Source of the DNA: Verrucomicrobiota bacterium | GTDB lineage: Bacteria; Verrucomicrobiota; Verrucomicrobiia; Opitutales; Opitutaceae | Reading direction: 5' to 3' | NCBI GenBank assembly: GCA_016871755.1 | Contig: VHCJ01000003.1 | Span: 94,053 to 158,052 of the forward strand | DNA: 64,000 nucleotides | In this document: one piece after another, positions 9,447 to 17,917 of the stretch | Layout: every line of letters starts with the position of its first letter | Position numbering within the stretch: the stretch's first letter is position 1 | The notes under the pieces: generated by a model | Databases searched by the model: none | What the model was told of the DNA's origin: nothing | What the model saw: only the letters and a program-made list of their open reading frames with translations | Program-made: the position numbers and the translations under genes

Positions 9447-10313
9447 ATGAAACCTTCGCTTTTCCCGTCCCTCCTCGCCCTCTCCCTCGCCGCGTGCGGC
9501 GTCACGTCGTTCGCCGCTGAAGACGCGGCGCTCCGGAAACTCGCCATCGGTACGGTCAACGTGAACGCGGCGACGTCGTCGGCGGCCGCCGCCAGCGGGC
9601 GCAAGGTGGCGCTGGACCGCATGACCGAGAATCTGGGCGCGCAGTTGCTCGCGGCGTTCCAAACCGGCCGGCGCTTCCAGCTCGTCGGCCGGGCCGACGG
9701 CGCCGCCCTGGTGGAGGAAGCGGCGGCGACGGGCAAGGCCTTCGCGTTCGGCGAAGCCGACTACCTGCTTGTCGTCACGGTCGACGATTTTCAGGACGCG
9801 ATGGAGACCAAGACCTTCGCGACCCTGGGCACCACGGTGACCTCGCGCACGCTGCGTCTCGCGGCGATTTCCTCGGTGTACGAGGTCAAGACCGGGGCCG
9901 TGCTCGAGGTGGCCAACCTCAGCGTGAGCCGGACCGCCCCGGAGGAGCAGCGGGGGCAGATCACGGGGGACACGCGCGACGCACTGCTGCGCGAACTGGT
10001 GCAGGAACTCGCGGAGAAGACGGCGCGTTATGTTTCCGACGTCGTTTACCCGGCGCGGATCGTGGCGAGGACGAACGAGGTGGTGACGCTCAATCGCGGC
10101 GACGGTACCGGCATCGCGCCGGGACAACTCTGGGAGGTCTTTGCCCTGGGGACGGAGATGAAGGATCCGGACACGGGGGCGAGCCTCGGCCGGGAGGAAG
10201 TGCTGGTCGGGAAGATCCGGGTGACGCGGGTGACGGCCAAGACCTCGCAGGCGCGCGTCGAAGAGGATCTCGGCATTGATCGCGGCGCGCTGGTCCGTCC
10301 GGTGGCGCAGTGA
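9447..10313 (+). CDS. lipoprotein with an LpoB/CsgG-like N-terminal module and a beta-rich C-terminal module
   Basis: ORF 9144..10313 trimmed to the ATG at 9447 (MKPSLFPSLLALSLAACG, lipobox). The C-terminal VVTLNRGDGTGIAPGQLWEVFALG...LVGKIRVTRVTAKTSQARV resembles FlgT_C-like beta domains. Confidence 0.6.
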   Translation: MKPSLFPSLLALSLAACGVTSFAAEDAALRKLAIGTVNVNAATSSAAAASGRKVALDRMTENLGAQLLAAFQTGRRFQLVGRADGAALVEEAAATGKAFAFGEADYLLVVTVDDFQDAMETKTFATLGTTVTSRTLRLAAISSVYEVKTGAVLEVANLSVSRTAPEEQRGQITGDTRDALLRELVQELAEKTARYVSDVVYPARIVARTNEVVTLNRGDGTGIAPGQLWEVFALGTEMKDPDTGASLGREEVLVGKIRVTRVTAKTSQARVEEDLGIDRGALVRPVAQ

Positions 10314-11929
10314 GCGGCGGCGATCCGTCCTCCGCCGTCCCGCACCTCCGCCCGCCTCGCGCGGGGCGCGGTGCCCCTTGCCGTGCGCTCGGGGCCGTCG
10401 CGCTGCTGATCGCGCTGGCGGGATGCCAGACGTATACGACGGAGACCGCGCCCCGCGACTCCGACCTGCGTCGGGGCTCCCTCGACTCCGCGGTGCGCCG
10501 GGCGGATGCGGACGCGCGGCGCCATGATGGCGGCAAGGATGCGGTCCTCTATCGCTTGGAACAGGGGGCGATCCTGCGGCAGGCCGCGCTGGCGGGACTG
10601 CCGACGCCTCCGGCGGCGCCGACCGGCCGGAGCGTGGGCGTGGGTCCCTCCCCGGCAAGCCCGGAGTCCGGATCGCCGGCGCCCTTCCGCCCCGGCGCGG
10701 CGCACCTGCGGGCCAGCGTCGTGGCCTTCGACCGGGCGGAGGCGCACATCAACGCCTTCGACCGCGGACCGGAAATCCCGCTGGGTGCGTCGTCCCTCGC
10801 GCTCCTGACCAATCTGGCGAACCAGCCGTATGAGGGACGCGACTACGACCGGATCCTCCTGCACGCGTATCAGGCGCTCAACTACCTGCAACTCGGTGAG
10901 CGTGATGCCGCGCGCGTGGAGCTGAACCGCGCCCTGCAGCGGCAGCGCGATGCGCTGGCCCGGAACGCGGCGCGCCTCGCCGATGCCGACGCCGCGGCGG
11001 CCGAGCTGCGCTCGGGGCGGGTGACCGATCGCGAGGGCAACCGCGCGGACTACGACATCGCCCGCACGACGGGCGACGCGGAGGCGCGGCGGAGACTGGC
11101 CTCCGTCGCCGCCGCCGCCACCGCCCGCATCCGGCCCTACGGTGATTATGTCAATCCCTTCGTGGTCTTCCTCGACGGGCTGTTCTTCCTGACGCAGGCC
11201 GAGGATCGCTCCGACTTGGAGCGGGCCCGGGTCTCCTTTGAACGCGTGGCGGCGCTCGCGCCCGACAACCCCTACGCTGCCGCGGACGCCGCTGCGGCCC
11301 GGGCTGCGGCGGAGGGGACCCTGCCCACCGGCCTGACCTATGTCATCTACGAGGCCGGCAGTGCGCCGTTCCGCGAGGAGATCCGCCTGACCCTGCCTCT
11401 CTACCTCGTGACGGACAAAGTGTCCTACGTCGGCGCCGCCTTCCCCCGGTTGCGCTTCAGCGAGGGCCGGCCCGCCCCGCTCGAGGTCTCGGCCGACGGG
11501 GTCACGCACACCTCCGCCCTCGTCTGCAGCATGGACTCGGTCATCGCCAGCGACTTTCGCGACGAGTGGCCGGCCGTGGTCACGCAGACATTGGTGGGGA
11601 CGGCCTTGAAGGCCGCCCTCGACGCCGCCGTGCAGCGCCGGGCCAGGGAGAAACTTGGCGAAGGCGGTCAGGCCTTCCTCGAGATTTTCACCGCCCTGAT
11701 CCAAGACTCGACGACCATCGCCGACACGCGGACGTGGCGCTCGCTGCCGCAGGAGTTCCACACGGTGCGCCTGGCGACGCCGGCGGATCGGCGGCTGGTG
11801 CTCTCCGTTGGGGGGACCCGCCGGACGGTCGAACTCGATCCCGGCCGGATCAACGTCGTGACCGTCAAGTTGATGGATCCCGGATCGCCCTTGCTGGTCA
11901 ATCAATGGGTCCTTGTGCCTGCTCCCTGA
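10310..11929 (+). CDS. COG3014-like TPR-containing lipoprotein (uncharacterised family)
   Basis: 539-aa ORF. Its GTG start overlaps the upstream TGA (GTGA at 10310-10313). It has the lipobox LLIALAGCQT and the block YQALNYLQLGERDAARVELNRALQRQRDAL, typical of COG3014 proteins. Confidence 0.6.
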   Translation: MSGGDPSSAVPHLRPPRAGRGAPCRALGAVALLIALAGCQTYTTETAPRDSDLRRGSLDSAVRRADADARRHDGGKDAVLYRLEQGAILRQAALAGLPTPPAAPTGRSVGVGPSPASPESGSPAPFRPGAAHLRASVVAFDRAEAHINAFDRGPEIPLGASSLALLTNLANQPYEGRDYDRILLHAYQALNYLQLGERDAARVELNRALQRQRDALARNAARLADADAAAAELRSGRVTDREGNRADYDIARTTGDAEARRRLASVAAAATARIRPYGDYVNPFVVFLDGLFFLTQAEDRSDLERARVSFERVAALAPDNPYAAADAAAARAAAEGTLPTGLTYVIYEAGSAPFREEIRLTLPLYLVTDKVSYVGAAFPRLRFSEGRPAPLEVSADGVTHTSALVCSMDSVIASDFRDEWPAVVTQTLVGTALKAALDAAVQRRAREKLGEGGQAFLEIFTALIQDSTTIADTRTWRSLPQEFHTVRLATPADRRLVLSVGGTRRTVELDPGRINVVTVKLMDPGSPLLVNQWVLVPAP

Positions 11930-11952
11930 GCCCCCTCCGTCCCTTTTCCCGC

Positions 11953-12372
11953 ATGAAATCCCTCGCCCCGCTCGCCGCTCTGGCGGCCCTCCTCCTGCCC
12001 CTCACCGGTTGCCAGACGAACGTCAACACGGTGTCTCGCGCCGAGCCGCTGGCCCGGCCGACGCCGGTCAGCGACAAGCGCATCGTCACCGACCGCACGC
12101 TCGGCGAATTGATCGGCGTGGTCAGCGTCAATGAGACCCTCGTCTCCGGAAATCTCCGGAAGGTGCAGGTGACGCTGGAGAATCTCCGCGACAACAACCG
12201 CGAGATCCGCTACCGCTTCGAGTGGGTCGATCGAGACGGCATGGCGGTCGGCGGAGTCTCCGAACTGTGGCTGCCGCTGGTGCTCGCCGGCCGCGAGACC
12301 CGGAGCGTCTCCACCGTAGCCACGACGCCGCGCGCCGTCGACTTCACCCTGAAGATCGTCGAGGGTAAGTGA
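11953..12372 (+). CDS. YcfL-family (DUF1425) lipoprotein
   Basis: ORF 11566..12372 trimmed to the ATG at 11953 (MKSLAPLAALAALLLPLTGCQ, lipobox). About 139 aa. LRKVQVTLENLRDNNREIRYRFEWVDRDGMAV fits the YcfL pattern. Confidence 0.65.
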   Translation: MKSLAPLAALAALLLPLTGCQTNVNTVSRAEPLARPTPVSDKRIVTDRTLGELIGVVSVNETLVSGNLRKVQVTLENLRDNNREIRYRFEWVDRDGMAVGGVSELWLPLVLAGRETRSVSTVATTPRAVDFTLKIVEGK

Positions 12373-12427
12373 ACCGCCGCCCCGTGTCGCCCTTTCCCGC
12401 CCGCGCCGCCCGCTCCCGACTTTACCC

Positions 12428-13048
12428 ATGAACTCGCCGCTTCCGCTCCCCCGTGCCCTTTCCGCCGCCGTCGCCGCCGGCGTCCTGCTTGCGCTCTCCG
12501 GCTGCCAGACGCCGCGCGACGCGAAGTACATCGAATCAGGTGGCGCCAGCACGGTCGTCACCCTCGATCAAATCAACATCCAGGATTGGAACCGCGCCGC
12601 CGACGCGATGGTTGCCTCGATGCTCGCCTCCGGCGTGCTGGAACGCGTGCCGGAGCAGCCCGCGGTGCTGGCGATTTCCCGGATCGTGAACAACACGCAG
12701 CAGCAGGTGGACACGGATTCGCTGACCAAGAAGATCCGCGTCGCGTTGAACCAGTCCGGCAAGGTCATCACCACCACGACGCTCGGCTTGGGCGGCAAGG
12801 CCGAGGATCCACTGGCGAAGGAATCCGCGGAAATGGCCGCGATGCTCGCCGGCCAGAAGCAGGTCACGCGGCTCCCGTATTACACGCTCTCCGGCAAGCT
12901 GCTGGAGGACCGCGCCCAGGCGGGCAAGGTGAAGCAGGTCACTTACACCTTCCAGCTGTCGCTCACGACGGTGAAGGACGGCCTCGCCGTCTGGGAGGAG
13001 GAGAAGCAAATCACCAAGCAGGGAACGCGTTCCTCGGTCGGTTGGTAG
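12428..13048 (+). CDS. LpoB-like lipoprotein (COG3417, penicillin-binding protein activator LpoB family)
   Basis: 206-aa ORF with lipobox LLALSGCQ. INIQDWNRAADAMVASML ... ISRIVNNTQQQVDTDSLTKKIRVALNQSGKV ... YYTLSGKL ... YTFQLSL match the LpoB C-terminal domain pattern. Confidence 0.7.
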   Translation: MNSPLPLPRALSAAVAAGVLLALSGCQTPRDAKYIESGGASTVVTLDQINIQDWNRAADAMVASMLASGVLERVPEQPAVLAISRIVNNTQQQVDTDSLTKKIRVALNQSGKVITTTTLGLGGKAEDPLAKESAEMAAMLAGQKQVTRLPYYTLSGKLLEDRAQAGKVKQVTYTFQLSLTTVKDGLAVWEEEKQITKQGTRSSVGW

Positions 13049-13157
13049 CGTACGGTCGGCGACCGGCGCGGCTGAATTTTCAGGGTGGGTTTCCGCCTGC
13101 GTCCGGGCTTCCCTTTCCGTCGCGGGGCCGCTTGGCTCCGCAGCGGTGCCGCTTCCC

Positions 13158-16100
13158 ATGCCCCCCCGCCGGAATCTCGTCTTCACCCTTGGATATCTGT
13201 TTGCCCTCGTCGTCGCGTCGCCCGGCGGATTCGCGGCGGCGCCGACCGGGGCCACACCCGCCGCGGCAATGCCGTCGCCCGCCCCGAAGGCTCCGGAGGT
13301 CGACCCCGCGAAGGACCTGCCCCGGACTCCCCCGGTCGAGCCGGCCCGCGCGCTCGCCACGTGGCGGGTCCGGCCCGGCTTCGCCCTCGAACTGGCCGCG
13401 CACGAGCCGCAGGTGACGTCGCCCATCGCGCTCTCGTTCGACGAGCGCGGCCGCATGTTCGTCTGCGAGATGGTCGACTACCCGGAGCAGCGTGACGTGG
13501 TGCCGCATCTTGGGCGCATTTCCTGCCTGGAAGACCGGGATGGTGACGGGGTGTACGAGACCCGCACGGTGTTCGCGGAAGATCTTGCTTGGCCGACCGG
13601 GCTGATCTGCGCGCGCGGCGGCGTCTACGTGATCGCGACACCCGACATCGTCTTCCTGAAGGACGACGATGGCGACGGCCGGGCGGAGCGGCGCGAGGTC
13701 GCGTTCACCGGTTTTTCGAGCGGCCAGAAACGGCTGAACGTTCAGGCGCAGGCGAACTGCCCGCTCTGGGGTCTCGACAACCGCATTCACCTGCAGACGG
13801 GCGGTGGCCACCGGGGCACCGTCACGTCGCCGCTGCGCCCGGACCTGCCGCCGCTGGAGTTGGCGGGCCGGGACTTCTGGTTTGACCCGCGGACCCATGA
13901 GTTCGGTGCCGAGGCGGGCGGGGGACAGTATGGCATGAGCTTCGATCCGTACGGCCGCCGGTTCGCGTGCAGCAACAGTGACCATCTCCAGCTCTACGTG
14001 TACGATGATCGCCTCGTGCCCGCCGGTCCCGGCCCGGCCCTGCCGGCCCCGCGGGCGAGCATCGCCGTGGACGGCGGCGCCGCTGAGGTGTTCCGCATCA
14101 GTCCGGACGAACCGTGGCGGATCGTGCGCACGCGTTGGCGGATCGGCGGCGTCGTCGCCGGAATGGTCGAGGGCGGCGGGCGTGTCTCGGGGTATTTCAC
14201 GGGTGCGACCGGAACGACGTTCTACCGCGGCGATGCCTTTGGTCCGGGATTCCCGTCCTCCACCTTCACCGGCGACGCCGGCGGGCAGTTGGTCCACCGC
14301 AAGCTGATCCAGCCGAACGGCGCCAGCTTCCTCGGGCGCCGCGCCGCCGATGAGGCGAACGTCGAATTCGCCGCGAGCACCGATCCTTGGGTCCGCGTGG
14401 TGAACTTCGCCAACGCCCCGGACGGCTCGCTTTACCTCTGCGACATGTACCGCGAGGTCATTGAGCACCCGTGGAGCATCCCCGAGACGATCAAGCAGCA
14501 CCTCGATCTCACTTCCGGGCGGGATCGCGGAAGGATCTATCGGATCGTGCCGGCCGACTCGGGATGGAGTCGCCGCTCGCGCGTTGCGATTGACCCCGCG
14601 GATACGGCGGGGTTGGTCCGCCTTCTCGCGCACCCGAATGGCTGGCATCGGGACACGGCGAGCCGCCTGCTGTACGAGGGGCAGGATCCGGCGGCGATCC
14701 CGCTGCTGGTCGCGCTGGCCCGCGAGGCGGCTGAGCCGCTGGCGCGGGTTCACGCCCTCGCGGTGCTGGAAGGTTTGCAGGCGGTGCCCGCGTCCACGCT
14801 CGCGCGGCTGATCGCCGATCCGGATGCCGGGGTGCGGGAGCGGGCGATCGGCTCCCTGCTGCGCCATCCCCCGGCGGCGGGCACGCCGCTGCCGGCCGAC
14901 GTGGCGGCGGCGCTGGCGGGGCGGGCGGCTGACGACGCGATCCGCGTTCGCTTTCACGCCGCCCTGGCGGCTCCGCTGCTGGCCCCGGCGTCGGGAACGG
15001 CGTTGCGGGCGGCGCTCGCGCGCCGGGATCCGGCGGATGCGTGGATCGGTGCCGCGGTCCTGCGCAGCGCCGATCGCGACCTCTTCCTCGCGTTGCGTCC
15101 CGAACTGGCCTCGTTCCCGGCGGCGTGGGTGGCGTCGTTCATCGAGACGCTGGCCGCTGATTCCTCGCCCCGCACGCTGGCGCTGCTGCGTGAGACGCTG
15201 ACCGCGGAGCGGCCGCCGGTGGCGTGGATCAAGGCGTTTGGTGACGGTCGCCGCCGCGCCGGGGCCCCGGAGGAGGCGCTGGAGCGCGATGCGGCCCTCG
15301 CCCCGTTGTTTGCCCGGGCGGAGGCGGCGCTCTGGCGTTCCGATTCGGCCGAGGCGGACCGTCTTGATTCCGTGGCGCTGCTGTCGCTGGTCCGGTGGGA
15401 GCGGGCAGGGCGCTCCATCGTGCTCTGCTTGGACAAATCGATGCCGGTGGCGGTCCAGACGCGCGCCGTCGAGGCGATCGGCCAAGGGGCGCGTGACGAG
15501 GCCGGACGCTTGCTCATCGACGCGTGGCCGCGCCTGAAGCCCGCCGCGCAGGCCGCCGCCCTCAAGGTCTTGCTGGCCCGCCCCGCGCTCAGTGTGGAGT
15601 TGCTGCATGCGGTCGAGCGGGGCGTGGTGCCGGCGACGGATTTTTCCGCTTCGGACATCGAGGCCCTCTGCTCACACCGGTCGCCCGATGTCGCAACGCT
15701 CGCGCGCCGCGCCCTCGCGGCCGTACGCCCGAAGTCCCGCACTGAGGTTCTGGCGGAGTTTCAGCCTGCGATCGACCTCCGTGGCGTGGCGGCGCGCGGG
15801 CGCGAGGTGTTTGAGCAGCGTTGCCTCGTCTGCCATCGGGCGGGGGAGAGCGGCATCGAGGTCGGACCCAATCTGCTGACCGTGAAGAGCCGCGGCCGCG
15901 ACGGCCTGCTCACCGCGATCGTCGATCCGCACCGCGAGGTCGCTCCGGCCTACGTCGCCTACACGGTCAACACCAAGGAAGGCGCCAGCTTCCAGGCCCT
16001 CATCTCCCGCGACGACGCGTCGGGCCTCACGCTCCGGCTGATGGGCGGCATCGATGTGACGCTCGCCCGCAGCGCGATCGCGGGCAGTTCCTCGGATGGC

Positions 16101-16187
16101 CGCAGTCTCATGCCGGAGGGCCTGGAGTCGGGTCTGACCGTGCAGGCGATGGCCGACCTCCTGACCTTCATCGAGGAACTGCGCTGA
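13158..16187 (+). CDS. PVC-type putative membrane-bound dehydrogenase domain / HEAT-repeat / CxxCH heme-binding protein
   Basis: ORF 13146..16187 (GTG), with a likely ATG at 13158 (MPPRRNLVFTLGYLFALVVASPGG). N-terminal block PGFALELAAHEPQVTSPIALSFDERGRMFVCEMVDYPE, central HEAT-like repeats, and a C-terminal cytochrome c motif (FEQRCLVCHRAG). This matches the Pirellula/Verrucomicrobium-type families (TIGR02604/TIGR02603, accessions from memory). Confidence 0.8.
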   Translation: MPPRRNLVFTLGYLFALVVASPGGFAAAPTGATPAAAMPSPAPKAPEVDPAKDLPRTPPVEPARALATWRVRPGFALELAAHEPQVTSPIALSFDERGRMFVCEMVDYPEQRDVVPHLGRISCLEDRDGDGVYETRTVFAEDLAWPTGLICARGGVYVIATPDIVFLKDDDGDGRAERREVAFTGFSSGQKRLNVQAQANCPLWGLDNRIHLQTGGGHRGTVTSPLRPDLPPLELAGRDFWFDPRTHEFGAEAGGGQYGMSFDPYGRRFACSNSDHLQLYVYDDRLVPAGPGPALPAPRASIAVDGGAAEVFRISPDEPWRIVRTRWRIGGVVAGMVEGGGRVSGYFTGATGTTFYRGDAFGPGFPSSTFTGDAGGQLVHRKLIQPNGASFLGRRAADEANVEFAASTDPWVRVVNFANAPDGSLYLCDMYREVIEHPWSIPETIKQHLDLTSGRDRGRIYRIVPADSGWSRRSRVAIDPADTAGLVRLLAHPNGWHRDTASRLLYEGQDPAAIPLLVALAREAAEPLARVHALAVLEGLQAVPASTLARLIADPDAGVRERAIGSLLRHPPAAGTPLPADVAAALAGRAADDAIRVRFHAALAAPLLAPASGTALRAALARRDPADAWIGAAVLRSADRDLFLALRPELASFPAAWVASFIETLAADSSPRTLALLRETLTAERPPVAWIKAFGDGRRRAGAPEEALERDAALAPLFARAEAALWRSDSAEADRLDSVALLSLVRWERAGRSIVLCLDKSMPVAVQTRAVEAIGQGARDEAGRLLIDAWPRLKPAAQAAALKVLLARPALSVELLHAVERGVVPATDFSASDIEALCSHRSPDVATLARRALAAVRPKSRTEVLAEFQPAIDLRGVAARGREVFEQRCLVCHRAGESGIEVGPNLLTVKSRGRDGLLTAIVDPHREVAPAYVAYTVNTKEGASFQALISRDDASGLTLRLMGGIDVTLARSAIAGSSSDGRSLMPEGLESGLTVQAMADLLTFIEELR

Positions 16188-16208
16188 GCGCAGAGTCGCT
16201 GGGAATTC

Positions 16209-16238
16209 CCTCCGCAGCGACCGGCGTCGCCGCGGAGG
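16209..16238. terminator. GC-rich hairpin between convergent genes (candidate bidirectional terminator)
   Basis: CCTCCGCAGCGAC-CGGC-GTCGCCGCGGAGG forms an imperfect 12-13-bp stem. It lies 22 nt after the stop at 16187 and 70 nt after the sulfatase stop at 16309. No clear U-tract. Confidence 0.35.
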
Positions 16239-16308
16239 TCGGTGCCCGCCCTTGCGTTGCGCGGGTGAGGCCTCAGGTCCGACCTGCCGACCTGCTCTGC
16301 ACTTCGCC

Positions 16309-17814
16309 TTACGGATCGACCAGCATCGGCATCCAGTTGCCCTGCTTCACGACGGGGCGGTTGCCGGAGGCCGGGAAGGACGCTTGAACCGCGCGGCGCA
16401 GGCGCGGTGAAAGTTCAGCCATGACGGCGGAGGCGTCGCTGTGCCCGGCGAGATTCGTCAGTTCGCGTGGGTCGACGGAATGGTCGTACAATTCGCGGCC
16501 CTGCCGCCCCTCGTCCCATTCGGTGTAGCGCCAGCGGGCGGTGCGAAGGCTGTAGCCGGAATACATCTCCTCGCCGGATTTGCGCGTCACCTGACAGAGC
16601 GCCCAGCCGCGGCCTTCCTGGGTCGGATCGCGGAGGATCGGAGTGAGGTCCTGACCCTGCAGGTTGGACGGTGCGGGTACGCCCGCCAGCGCGGTGAGGG
16701 TGGGGTAGAGATCGACCTGGCTCACGGGCGTCGCGGCGACGGTGGCGGGATGCGTGGTGCCCGGGGCGATGATGAGCAGCGGCACCCGGGCGCTCTCCTC
16801 GAAGAGGCTCCGTTTTCGCCAGAGGCCGTGCTCGCCGGTGTGGTAGCCGTGATCGCTGGTGAAGACCACGGTGGTCGAGTCAGCGAGGCCGAGGCGATCG
16901 AGGGCGGCCATGACGCGTCCGAGCTGGGCGTCCATGAAGCTGATGCTCGCGGAGTAGGCTTGGATGGCCGCGCGGCGCTGGTCGTTGGTCATCTTCGCCT
17001 CCTCGGGATTCGCGCTCCCGAGGGCCGCGGCGGGAAGGTCGGCCTGATCCTCCGCCACGCCGCGGACCACCCGCTGGGCCTCGCGGGGGTGCAGGTCGAA
17101 GTAGCGCTGGGGCGAGACGTAGGGCGTGTGGGGGCGGTAGAAGCCCACCGCGAGGAAGAAGGGGCGATCCGGCTGGCGGGCGCAGCGTTCGAGGACCCAC
17201 TCCGCCTCGGAGGCGAGGAGGTAGTCGGTGTGCTTCGTCTCGTCGCGAGGGGAAGCGTACCAGCTCACCGTTCCGCCGAAGTTGCCCGGACGCAGCGAGA
17301 AGATTTCCGGATGTTCCTCCAACCGGTCGACGCCGGCGGGGTTGATTCCGACCTCCCAAGACGCCGGGTCATCGTGGCCGGCGGTGCCGATGGAGTTGGG
17401 CACGCCGTAGTGGTAGAGCTTCCCGATGCGGATCGCCCAGGCGCCGGCGCGACGGAACGCCTGCGGGAGGCTGATCTGCTGGGGCACCGATTGGCGGAAG
17501 ATTTCCGCGTTGGCGAGGATGCCGGTGCTGTTCGGGTAAAGGCCGGTGAGCATTGAGTTCCGGCTGGGTCCGCAGAGCGGAAAGGTGCAGTAGGCGCGCT
17601 CGAACCGCACCCCGCGCGCGGCGAGTCGATCGATGTGGGGCGTCCGCGCCTGTGCATCGCCATAGCAGCCGAGCATGGTGTTCAGGTCGTCGGCGATCAG
17701 GAAGAGCACATTGCGGGGGCGTGACTCCGCGGCCGCCGTCGCCGGGAGCAGCGTCGCCAGAGTGGCCAGCACGAGCGTGATCCAGCGTCGGGGGTGCTTC
17801 GGGGTGGGGTGCAT
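16309..17814 (-). CDS. secreted sulfatase (formylglycine-dependent, iduronate/choline-sulfatase-like)
   Basis: ORF 16309..18261 trimmed to the ATG at 17814 (MHPTPKHPRRWITLVLATLATLLPATAAA, signal). It has LFLIADDL and the C-x-P-x-R formylglycine motif in PLCGPSRNSMLTG. Confidence 0.85.
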   Translation of the reverse strand: MHPTPKHPRRWITLVLATLATLLPATAAAESRPRNVLFLIADDLNTMLGCYGDAQARTPHIDRLAARGVRFERAYCTFPLCGPSRNSMLTGLYPNSTGILANAEIFRQSVPQQISLPQAFRRAGAWAIRIGKLYHYGVPNSIGTAGHDDPASWEVGINPAGVDRLEEHPEIFSLRPGNFGGTVSWYASPRDETKHTDYLLASEAEWVLERCARQPDRPFFLAVGFYRPHTPYVSPQRYFDLHPREAQRVVRGVAEDQADLPAAALGSANPEEAKMTNDQRRAAIQAYSASISFMDAQLGRVMAALDRLGLADSTTVVFTSDHGYHTGEHGLWRKRSLFEESARVPLLIIAPGTTHPATVAATPVSQVDLYPTLTALAGVPAPSNLQGQDLTPILRDPTQEGRGWALCQVTRKSGEEMYSGYSLRTARWRYTEWDEGRQGRELYDHSVDPRELTNLAGHSDASAVMAELSPRLRRAVQASFPASGNRPVVKQGNWMPMLVDP

Positions 17815-17917
17815 CACAGCCTGAGCCAGAACCCCCCGCCCGCCTCGCGCAAGCCGAACCACCGGGCGTTTTCGGCGTTGAGGTCCGCTCCGGAACGGCG
17901 TTCGTTCAGTCATTCCG

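Noticed and set aside
13080-15608. 842-aa ORF antisense to the PVC heme-binding protein gene. Similar shadows: 10046..11905, 21663..24110, 38318..40132, 42596..44257 and 49165..51270
   Set aside because: Same reasoning. Composition is dominated by R/G/A/P, no family motifs are present, and in every case the opposite strand carries a gene with clear conserved blocks.
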